Source: a candidate division CSSED10-310 bacterium
GTDB taxonomy: Bacteria; CSSED10-310
Reading direction: 5' to 3'
Length of the DNA stretch: 60,380 nucleotides
NCBI GenBank assembly: GCA_016927515.1
Contig: JAFGMN010000310.1
Location: 1-60,380 of the forward strand
In this document: piece after piece, positions 47,438 through 55,634 of the stretch
Numbering within the stretch: the stretch's first letter is position 1
How the letters are laid out: every line of letters begins with the position of its first letter
Made by a program: the position numbers and the translations under genes
The notes under the pieces: model-generated
Databases searched by the model: none
What the model was told of the DNA's origin: nothing
What the model saw: only the letters and a program-made list of their open reading frames with translations

Positions 47438-47472
47438 TTCGTTTCGCATAATGGGTTCTGGAGGATATTACG

Positions 47473-48249
47473 ATGGCAACAAAAGATCTCAAAAAAAGCA
47501 TTGATCTGAAGATTATTGCTGAAGAACAGCCGGCTTTTATTAATCGGGTGGCACAGTTTGTCGCAACAAAACGCGACACGATCGGGTACATCGTTGTTGC
47601 CATCGTCGTTGTGGCAACAATCGGCTTCTTAATGAAGATGAACTCCACTGCAAAAGAAAACGAGGCAGCGGTTCAATTCCAGAATGCGGTCAAACAGTAC
47701 CAGAAAGACATGACCGCCACATCCATTTCTCTGTCCGCGAAATCAGACACTGGCGACCCGTCAGCGCTACCGGAAATGAAGGTTCAAACACAATCGATCG
47801 GCGCATTTCAAGCCGTATTTGATAACTATCCGGGAACACATGCCGGACACCACGCGCTGTACATGATTGCAGTCAGTCAACTGAATCAGGGGTTGTATGA
47901 GGAAGCGATCGCATCGTTCGATAATTTTGTCGAAAAATCCCCCGATAGTCCGCTGACCGCATCCGGCATCTTTGGAAAAGCAACAGCTCAATTCAATGCG
48001 GGTCATATCGCCGAATCACTCGAAACACTCGAATCGATTGACCGGTCGCATCCGAATTTCAAATTAAAAGATGTGCTGCTGTACGAAACAGCTCGTCGGC
48101 TGGAATCGTTGAATCGGAAAAGCGAAGCCCGAAACCAATACGAATCCATCATTGAGCGGTATCCGGACTCACCGTGGAAAGCAATGAGTGAAAAGGCCTT
48201 GGAGAAACTCGACGTCTCAAATGGTGGCGATGATAATAAGACAACCTAA
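47473..48249 (+). CDS. membrane-anchored TPR protein (YfgM/YbgF-like)
   Basis: One N-terminal TM (IGYIVVAIVVVATIGFLM) followed by TPR-like helices. A GGAGGA SD is present. Confidence 0.6.
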   Translation: MATKDLKKSIDLKIIAEEQPAFINRVAQFVATKRDTIGYIVVAIVVVATIGFLMKMNSTAKENEAAVQFQNAVKQYQKDMTATSISLSAKSDTGDPSALPEMKVQTQSIGAFQAVFDNYPGTHAGHHALYMIAVSQLNQGLYEEAIASFDNFVEKSPDSPLTASGIFGKATAQFNAGHIAESLETLESIDRSHPNFKLKDVLLYETARRLESLNRKSEARNQYESIIERYPDSPWKAMSEKALEKLDVSNGGDDNKTT

Positions 48250-48309
48250 CCTTCAGTTCGAGGAAAGAAACCCGGCGGGAAATCTCGGGTTTGATTAGGA
48301 GATCTCACT

Positions 48310-49095
48310 ATGGCGTTCAAACTGCTGTTGGCTGATGAGAGCATCACAATCCGGAAAGTTGTGACAAAAGTGTTTTCACGGGACAACTTCGAGGTCGCGA
48401 CAGTAGAAAACCATGATGATGCGATCAGCGCTGCCCGGGATTTTCAACCCGATGTCGTCATTCTTTCCTCCGATCTTCCCGGATTGGATCTAAACCGCGG
48501 CGTCGCATCAATCAGTAACTCAGCAGCATCAAAAAATATCGTCATTCTGATGGGTAATCGCGGCGATAATCTGGATGAAACCCAGTCGATTAAACTGGGA
48601 GCCCAGGGATTCGTCTATAAACCGCTGGATAACCGTATTCTCAAACGCGTGATCGAACAGCTCTTGATTCAACCCACCATCAAAGCTCCCGCTGCGAAAT
48701 CAACTGCCGAAACAGCGAAAGCCGATTCCCTGTCCGCTGAAACCATCAGCGCACCCGATATCCCAGAATTCACAGCAGAAACCATCGATCAACGGGCGGA
48801 AATCCTGCTGGACCTGTTTGAAAGCTATTTCAACGAAAACATGGTTGTTATTACCGATACAATGACAAAAGCACTTGCCCCGCGGATCGCTGCCGATATT
48901 TCCAGCCGGATTATCGAACGTCTTGAAATCACGGATTTACCCAAACAAATCATGGCCATGACCAAAGGGATCGTCAACGACCTTGTACCTCAGATCGCCG
49001 AACGCGTCATCACGCGAGAAATCGAGAGCATCAAGGCAGAAGCCCTTCGTCTCCTCGAAGCCGAAGAAGACGACAACGACGACGATAGCGTATAA
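48310..49095 (+). CDS. response-regulator receiver domain protein with non-DNA-binding helical/acidic C-terminal region
   Basis: The receiver is KLLLADES...PDVVILSSDLPGLD...FVYKPLD. The C-terminal ~130 aa resemble no output domain I recognise and end in EEDDNDDDSV. Confidence 0.7.
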   Translation: MAFKLLLADESITIRKVVTKVFSRDNFEVATVENHDDAISAARDFQPDVVILSSDLPGLDLNRGVASISNSAASKNIVILMGNRGDNLDETQSIKLGAQGFVYKPLDNRILKRVIEQLLIQPTIKAPAAKSTAETAKADSLSAETISAPDIPEFTAETIDQRAEILLDLFESYFNENMVVITDTMTKALAPRIAADISSRIIERLEITDLPKQIMAMTKGIVNDLVPQIAERVITREIESIKAEALRLLEAEEDDNDDDSV

Positions 49096-49154
49096 TCCAG
49101 TCACCCATGACGTGACATACCTCCTCTATCTTTCCGATACCATTGAGGAACACC

Positions 49155-51809
49155 ATGAAACACGAATATGATCCGTCTCTAACCGAAACCAAATGGTACG
49201 CTGAATGGCAGAAATCCGGCCTGTTCCGCCCCCGCCCTCCTTCTTCCGGAAAAGAGTCCTTCACAATCGTCATTCCTCCTCCAAATGTAACCGGAATACT
49301 CCATATCGGCCATGTTCTAAACAACACCCTCCAGGATATCCTCATCCGGTTTAAACGAATACAAGGATTCCAGACACTCTGGCTCCCAGGAACAGATCAT
49401 GCGGGAATCGCTACTCAGAATAAAGTCGAACAACGGCTGGCATCCGAAGGGAAATCCAAACATGATCTTGGACGGGATGCGTTTATCGAACAGGTATGGG
49501 AGTGGAAAAAGAAACACGGTGGAATCATCATTGAACAGCTGAAACGACTCGGCTGCTCCTGCGATTGGGATCGCGAACGATTCACGCTGGATCCCGGTCT
49601 GTCGCGGGCGGTCCGCGAAGTGTTCACGCGGCTGTTTGAAAAAGATTTGATTTATAAAGGGAAATATATTGTCAACTGGTGTCCTCGATGCGTTACAGCC
49701 CTCAGTGATGAAGAGGTAAATTTTCGAAATGAGAAAAGCCATCTCTGGTATATCCACTATCCAATTGAACATGGCGGAAAGGGTGTTGTGGTTGCCACGA
49801 CCCGGCCAGAAACCATGCTGGGGGACACCGCTGTGGCGGTTCACCCGGACGACGACCGATACCGGCATCTGATCGGCCAGAACGTTCTCCTGCCCCTGAA
49901 AAACATTCTGATACCTGTGATAGCAGACGAAATGGTCGACCGCGCATTCGGAACCGGAGCTGTAAAAATCACTCCGGCACATGATCCCAATGATTTTGAG
50001 GCGGGCCGACGTCATAATCTGGACATGCCGATTGTTATCGATGAACATGGTAAGATGAATGCGAATGCCGGACCCGCATACAACGGAATGACGAGAGAAG
50101 CCTGCCGGAAACAGGTCATTATCGACCTGGAAAAGGGAGGATTTCTTGTTAAAACCGAACCCCACGAACATGCCGTTGGGTTATGCTACCGATGCGAATG
50201 CGTTGTGGAACCATACCTGTCTTCGCAATGGTTCGTCCGAATGCAGCCGTTAGCACAACGAGCAATTGACGTGGCACAAAACGGGGAAATCGTTTTCTAT
50301 CCGGATCGATGGACGAAAGTATACCTGCATTGGCTGGAAAATATCCGAGATTGGTGCATCAGCCGACAACTCTGGTGGGGACACCGTATCCCTGTTTGGA
50401 CCTGTGAATCCTGCGGACACTATCAAGCCTATCGCGAAGATCCGGAAACATGTCCAGCCTGTGGATCATCCCGATTGATACAAGATCCGGATGTGCTCGA
50501 TACATGGTTCTCGAGCTGGCTTTGGCCGTTCTCCACCCTGGGTTGGCCCGATGAAACTGACGATCTTAAAACGTTTTACCCGACTGATACATTGATCACC
50601 GCACCGGAAATCATCTTCTTCTGGGTTGCACGCATGATCATGGCCGGACTCGAATTCATGGATACCATCCCTTTTAAAAAAATCTATCTCCACGGCACCG
50701 TCCGGGACCCGATCGGTCGAAAAATGTCAAAATCCCTTGGAAACTCACCGGATCCCTTGGATATCATCGATAAATACGGAGCGGATGCGTTGCGCTTCAG
50801 TATCGTCATGATATCACCACGCGGTTCGGATATCTTCTTCTCAGAGGATTCATTGAATGCCGGACGTACATTCGCGAATAAAATACAGAACGCCGCCCGC
50901 CTGATAATCAGTAACTGCCCGCAGTCTATCCAGGGAAACGCATTCCCGCATTCCGACACGCTGCGGTACGCCGATCGGTGGATCCTTTATCGGATGGCAA
51001 TAGCTGCTGATGAAATGATGAATCAGCTCGAGGAGTTTCGATTCAACGACGCCGCAGTTACCATTCATCGTTTCTTCTGGCATGAATTCTGCGATTGGTA
51101 TCTGGAAATCGCGAAAGCCGCCATCTACGATAAAACAACCCCCGAACATAAGGCATCCGTTCAAACCAATCTGGTTAACTGCCTGGCAACCGGTCTTCAG
51201 CTCCTGCATCCATTCATGCCGTTCATTACCGAAGATATCTGGAATACCCTGTTTGTCAATCCGATCAGCATTATGATCTCTCCCTGGCAGGACATTTCGC
51301 ACTTCCTGAAATTTAAAACGGAAGCCGACTCGTTCGAAATCGTGCAACGGACCATTATTCATCTCCGCACAATGCGAGCTGAAATCGGTATTCCTCCTGG
51401 AAAAGAACTCCATGGTATCATCGCCGCTCCCAATGCAGAACTCCTTGGTCTCCTTGAATCCAACCGGCAAGATATCGTTTTCCTCGCCCGGCTCGGACAA
51501 CTGGATATCAATACGACCGAAACCGTTGTACCACCATCAATCCGTTCGACATCCCTGACAGAGGACGGTATCGATGTGTATCTCGATCTCGAAGGTATTG
51601 TGGATGTTCCCGGTGAAGTTGCCCGTCTTCAAAAAGAAATTCAAAAAACCGGAGACGAATTGAAGAAAGTTATCGGAAAACTGAGCAATGCCAGTTTCAT
51701 GGATAAAGCGCCTGAGGATGTTGTTGAAAAAACACGGCGAATCCATCTGGAGTTATCTGGAAAACTGGAGAAGTTGACCGAGGCCCTGGCTCGATTAATC
51801 CGGTCCTGA
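49155..51809 (+). CDS. valS: valine--tRNA ligase
   Basis: PPPNVTGILHIGH (HIGH), KMSKSLGN (KMSKS), and a C-terminal coiled coil. ATG 49155 follows a GAGGA SD. Confidence 0.95.
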   Translation: MKHEYDPSLTETKWYAEWQKSGLFRPRPPSSGKESFTIVIPPPNVTGILHIGHVLNNTLQDILIRFKRIQGFQTLWLPGTDHAGIATQNKVEQRLASEGKSKHDLGRDAFIEQVWEWKKKHGGIIIEQLKRLGCSCDWDRERFTLDPGLSRAVREVFTRLFEKDLIYKGKYIVNWCPRCVTALSDEEVNFRNEKSHLWYIHYPIEHGGKGVVVATTRPETMLGDTAVAVHPDDDRYRHLIGQNVLLPLKNILIPVIADEMVDRAFGTGAVKITPAHDPNDFEAGRRHNLDMPIVIDEHGKMNANAGPAYNGMTREACRKQVIIDLEKGGFLVKTEPHEHAVGLCYRCECVVEPYLSSQWFVRMQPLAQRAIDVAQNGEIVFYPDRWTKVYLHWLENIRDWCISRQLWWGHRIPVWTCESCGHYQAYREDPETCPACGSSRLIQDPDVLDTWFSSWLWPFSTLGWPDETDDLKTFYPTDTLITAPEIIFFWVARMIMAGLEFMDTIPFKKIYLHGTVRDPIGRKMSKSLGNSPDPLDIIDKYGADALRFSIVMISPRGSDIFFSEDSLNAGRTFANKIQNAARLIISNCPQSIQGNAFPHSDTLRYADRWILYRMAIAADEMMNQLEEFRFNDAAVTIHRFFWHEFCDWYLEIAKAAIYDKTTPEHKASVQTNLVNCLATGLQLLHPFMPFITEDIWNTLFVNPISIMISPWQDISHFLKFKTEADSFEIVQRTIIHLRTMRAEIGIPPGKELHGIIAAPNAELLGLLESNRQDIVFLARLGQLDINTTETVVPPSIRSTSLTEDGIDVYLDLEGIVDVPGEVARLQKEIQKTGDELKKVIGKLSNASFMDKAPEDVVEKTRRIHLELSGKLEKLTEALARLIRS

Positions 51810-51906
51810 CACCATCCAGACAGCGCACCGCGGGTCAGATTATGTATCGAGGAGTCCGGGATCAGGCTCTGGGTCAAATTGTGTAGCAAGTGATGAGGAT
51901 GTGAAA

Positions 51907-52749
51907 ATGAAACCATGGACAAATCCAATATTTCTGGATCTTCTTCGAATCGCCCTGATGGAAGACCTTCTGTATGGCGACGCGACAACCGAAGCGGTCA
52001 TTGCTGATGATGCAAATTGCCGAGCCCGTATCGTCAGCAAATCCGAATGTGTTATCGCCGGTCAAAACGTCGCGCAAGCCGTCTTTCATGAAGTCGATCG
52101 AAAAACTCAATATCATGCAGTGATTGAGGACGGTTGTCATGCTTCCCCGGGTACAGAGATCGCGACAGTCCAGGGAAACTGCCGTACCATCCTGGCCGGT
52201 GAACGCATCGCGCTGAATTTTTTTCAGCGCATGTCGGGGATCGCAACAATGACCCGGGATATCAGGAAAATGATTGCGCATACGGAATGCCGGATTGTGG
52301 ATACCAGAAAAACACTTCCCGGGCATCGCATTCTGGACAAGTATGCCGTTCGTATGGGTGGAGGATCCAATCATCGAATGGGATTGGGCGATGGTATTTT
52401 GATCAAAGACAACCACGTGGATGCCGCTGGCGGAGTCGCTCCAGCCGTCCATCTCGCCCGTCTTCGGGCACGCCATCCTCTGCGGATTCAAGTTGAAGTG
52501 AGAAATAGGGACGAAGCAATGGCTGCCGTTGAAGCCGGAGCGGAAGCATTGCTTTTGGATAACATGCAGCCGGCTCAGGTCAAAGATATTGTTGCTGGTT
52601 TGAAAGACTCTGTTTTTCTCGAGTGTTCGGGTACGATTTCCCATCAGAATGTCATCGCGTACGCGGAAACCGGAATCCACATGATATCGATTGGTGCACT
52701 GACTCATTCGGTGAAAGCTGCGGACATTTCTTTGCAGTTTGAACGATGA
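51907..52749 (+). CDS. nadC: nicotinate-nucleotide diphosphorylase (carboxylating)
   Basis: DTRKTLPGHRILDKYAVRMGGGSNHRMGLGDGILIKDNH. ATG 51907 lies 7 nt after GAGGA; a GTG at 51901 is an alternative start. Confidence 0.9.
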   Translation: MKPWTNPIFLDLLRIALMEDLLYGDATTEAVIADDANCRARIVSKSECVIAGQNVAQAVFHEVDRKTQYHAVIEDGCHASPGTEIATVQGNCRTILAGERIALNFFQRMSGIATMTRDIRKMIAHTECRIVDTRKTLPGHRILDKYAVRMGGGSNHRMGLGDGILIKDNHVDAAGGVAPAVHLARLRARHPLRIQVEVRNRDEAMAAVEAGAEALLLDNMQPAQVKDIVAGLKDSVFLECSGTISHQNVIAYAETGIHMISIGALTHSVKAADISLQFER

Positions 52750-53516
52750 CCCGGCGATCCGAGTTTTTGTCGGCTCCATGGATACACCATCAGTCGATCG
52801 GTTCGACCAATGCATTTCTGATGGATTATCCGGAAACATCGTTCCTCGAAGGCATAACATGCTCCGCCGATGAACAGACCCACGGCCGTGGTCGGGGCGA
52901 TCGCATCTGGACGTCACCGACCGGAGGAATATACATGAGCTTCCTGCTTTGCCCACCCGTCGCCGTGTCTCAATGGAAGCTCGTCTCAATGCTGCTCGCA
53001 TATGCCGCAGCCTGCACGATCCGAACGGTTTATCCGGATGTCGAACCGCGCTTGAAATGGCCGAATGATATCTTGATTAACAGAAGAAAAGTTGCTGGCG
53101 TTCTGGTTCAGAGCAGGCTATCAGGAAAAAAGCGCCTTGTTGCGGGCATCGGCATCAATGCAACGACACCACCAGAAAAACTCCCGGTCCGCCCCCTGTT
53201 TCCGGCAACAGTATTGAATCTGGAAAGCCGCTTTCCAGTATCGGTGATGGAACTCCGGAAAAACCTCAGAGAGCAGTTTCTGATCCTTTACGAGACGTGG
53301 ATCCATGATCCTCAATCCATTATTCCGCGTTGGACATCCCTGTCGTCAATGGAAAACTGCATCGTGTCATTGAATACCGATCATGGAGCTATCACCGGTC
53401 GATTCGCCGGCATCGATAGCGATGGATCGTTGTTGCTTCTCTGCGACCATGATAGCAAAACACGCGCTTTTACTACCGGGGACGTTGTGACATTGTGTGA
53501 CATTGAAGGAGATTGA
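52746..53516 (+). CDS. birA: biotin--[acetyl-CoA-carboxylase] ligase (no N-terminal HTH)
   Basis: GRGRGDRIWTSP and KWPNDILINRRKVAGVL motifs. An ATGA overlap joins it to nadC. Confidence 0.85.
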   Translation: MTRRSEFLSAPWIHHQSIGSTNAFLMDYPETSFLEGITCSADEQTHGRGRGDRIWTSPTGGIYMSFLLCPPVAVSQWKLVSMLLAYAAACTIRTVYPDVEPRLKWPNDILINRRKVAGVLVQSRLSGKKRLVAGIGINATTPPEKLPVRPLFPATVLNLESRFPVSVMELRKNLREQFLILYETWIHDPQSIIPRWTSLSSMENCIVSLNTDHGAITGRFAGIDSDGSLLLLCDHDSKTRAFTTGDVVTLCDIEGD

Positions 53517-53519
53517 ACC

Positions 53520-54308
53520 ATGAGGCTTGTTGTCGATATCGGAAATACGAATATCTCCGTGGGAATTCTGGAAAACGGCCAGGTTCTCCACTGTTGGCGA
53601 CTCGCAACCCACATGAGACGAACCCGGGATGAATATTCACTGCTACTGAAAGGCCTGATCCATGATGTGGGACTGATTCCTGATTGTATCGATTCCGCTA
53701 GCATGTGCTGTGTCGTGCCGCCTTTACAAGATCCAATGCGCCAAAGTCTAAACATCATCGCCAATAACCGGTGCCTGATTGTGGAACCGGGAGTCAGGAT
53801 CGGAATGAAAATCAGGTACGACCTGACAACACACGTGGGCTCCGACCGGATCGTTAACGCCTATGCCGCAATTCAGCGATATGGTTCACCGATTATGATG
53901 ATCGATTTTGGAACGGCTACGACATTCTGTGTGGTTGATTCCGAGGGCGTATATCGTGGTGGAGCGATCTTCCCAGGGATCAATACGGTTTCGGAGGCTT
54001 TGTATCAGTCAGCGTCCCTGCTGCCGCGAGTGGCATTCAAACAGCCGCCTCGGGTCGTCGGAGAATCGACTGTTCATAGCATTCAGTCCGGGCTATTTTT
54101 TGGGTATCTTGATTTGACTCAGGGCATGATCCACCGGGTGTGCAGCGAGTATCCGGATATTGATACCGTGGTTGCTACGGGAGGTCTTGGGCGGATCATC
54201 CATGAACATTGCCCGTTGATCACTCACTACGAACCGCATTTGACGCTGTATGGGTTGAGTGAGCTGTATGACCTGAACAACGGGGATACAGCAGCGGCAA
54301 TCTGGTAA
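53520..54308 (+). CDS. coaX: type III pantothenate kinase
   Basis: MRLVVDIGNTNISVGI, GSDRIVNAYAA and DFGTATTF motifs. A GAAGGAG SD is present. Confidence 0.9.
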   Translation: MRLVVDIGNTNISVGILENGQVLHCWRLATHMRRTRDEYSLLLKGLIHDVGLIPDCIDSASMCCVVPPLQDPMRQSLNIIANNRCLIVEPGVRIGMKIRYDLTTHVGSDRIVNAYAAIQRYGSPIMMIDFGTATTFCVVDSEGVYRGGAIFPGINTVSEALYQSASLLPRVAFKQPPRVVGESTVHSIQSGLFFGYLDLTQGMIHRVCSEYPDIDTVVATGGLGRIIHEHCPLITHYEPHLTLYGLSELYDLNNGDTAAAIW

Positions 54309-54335
54309 GAGAGCCGCTGAACACCATGCTGTCGT

Positions 54336-54365
54336 TTGACAGATATCCCGGCAGATTGATAGGAT
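54336..54365 (+). promoter_or_regulatory. candidate sigma70-type promoter upstream of the DnaC-like gene
   Basis: TTGACA, an 18-nt spacer, then TAGGAT. Called by eye only. Confidence 0.3.
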
Positions 54366-54402
54366 TTCTGACGGAAAGAACGTTGAGCAATCGAGGAATA
54401 TT

Positions 54403-55185
54403 GTGAACAGCCAATGTCCGAATTGTCAAGGGACTACGTGGATTTTTAATCAGAAGGACGGTGTTCGAATCGGCCACCGATGCCCATGTTATATCAATGC
54501 ACAAAAAGCGAAATTGATCGAACTGGCAGACATACCCGTTCGTTACCAGAACTGCTACCTGAGTAATTTTAATACCGGCGGGAGCCAGAGTCTGATCCGA
54601 GTAGAGAACCAGATCCGGGAATACCTCATTTCGTATCCAGGGGACAGGAAAGGGCTTCTACTTCAGGGGCCTCCCGGAGTCGGTAAAACCCATCTTGCCG
54701 TGGGAATCATCCACTACCTCATTGAGGATAAGCATATTCCCTGTCTCTTCTGCGATTTCAGAGAACTGCTCCACACGATCCGTGCAACCTATGACCATAC
54801 TTCGCAACTCAGTGAAGAATCAGTCATCCGACCGATACTGAAAGCCGATCTTCTGGTGCTTGATGAGTTGGGAGCAGAAAAGACAACACAATGGGTGCGT
54901 GACACCCTGATGTTCATTCTGAATTTTCGATACAATAAAATGCTTCCGACTATCATCACAACCAATTATCCGGATCGCGATGATCTCTTGTTCTCTTCTT
55001 ACAAAGATCACTGGCAGGATCAGGATGAAACGCTGGAAGACAGGATCGGAGCCCGTTTACGTTCCCGACTGCATGAAATGTGCATGAAAATATGTATCGA
55101 TGCAGAGGATTACCGGAAACGAAAAACACAGGTTGCTTTCCAGAAGGGCATCCGAGGCAAACTCAATACACGACAGGAGGATTGA
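54403..55185 (+). CDS. DnaC/DnaI/IstB-like AAA+ ATPase with N-terminal zinc-ribbon
   Basis: GTG start after GAGGA. Zinc ribbon CPNCQGT...HRCPC, Walker A GPPGVGKTHLA, and Walker B LLVLDELG. Confidence 0.7.
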   Translation: MNSQCPNCQGTTWIFNQKDGVRIGHRCPCYINAQKAKLIELADIPVRYQNCYLSNFNTGGSQSLIRVENQIREYLISYPGDRKGLLLQGPPGVGKTHLAVGIIHYLIEDKHIPCLFCDFRELLHTIRATYDHTSQLSEESVIRPILKADLLVLDELGAEKTTQWVRDTLMFILNFRYNKMLPTIITTNYPDRDDLLFSSYKDHWQDQDETLEDRIGARLRSRLHEMCMKICIDAEDYRKRKTQVAFQKGIRGKLNTRQED

Positions 55186-55187
55186 CC

Positions 55188-55601
55188 ATGAAGGTCCTGA
55201 AATTCTTCATCGGCTTTTTGATAATATGCGCTTTCACGATGTTCGCGACGGCGAATATGGACAAGGTCCAGGTGAATCTTCTGTTCGACGATCAGCCACT
55301 CCTGGGATACAAGTCCGTTGATCAGGTCAATGATGATGGGACCATTCAAACCGTACGGGCTGCACGTCGCATTCCTGTTTTCATTCTGATTTTTGGTTCG
55401 TTCGGACTTGGATTTCTTATATCATGGAGCTTAAGTACGAGTTTGATGCGAGGGTATAAAAAAGCCGCCCGTTCGATAAAAAAGCAGAACGATCGCATGC
55501 TCGATGAATTGAACGAACTACGCAATCTCCCGGTCAATACTCCTTCGGAACCAAACGATAATCAGCGTGCTGGAGGCAAGCCCGTCTTGCCGGTTAAGTA
55601 A
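55188..55601 (+). CDS. LapA/DUF1049-like inner-membrane protein
   Basis: Two TM helices (FFIGFLIICAFTMFATA, IPVFILIFGSFGLGFLISW) followed by a basic/coiled C-terminus, as in LapA. It lies directly upstream of lptF/G. Confidence 0.6.
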   Translation: MKVLKFFIGFLIICAFTMFATANMDKVQVNLLFDDQPLLGYKSVDQVNDDGTIQTVRAARRIPVFILIFGSFGLGFLISWSLSTSLMRGYKKAARSIKKQNDRMLDELNELRNLPVNTPSEPNDNQRAGGKPVLPVK

Positions 55602-55634
55602 TCCGACGATTCGTCAGTATGGCATCGCCCGTCT

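Noticed and set aside
51874-53001. 375-aa ORF antisense to nadC/birA, the longest unassigned ORF in the track.
   Set aside because: It lies entirely opposite two genes with strong family motifs. Its translation is Arg/Ser/Cys-rich with no recognisable motif, SD or sensible neighbours. This is a typical shadow ORF.
54403-55185. The IstB-like ATPase as evidence of an IS21-type mobile element.
   Set aside because: There is no IstA transposase, no terminal inverted repeats and no target duplication. The flanking genes are intact housekeeping genes.
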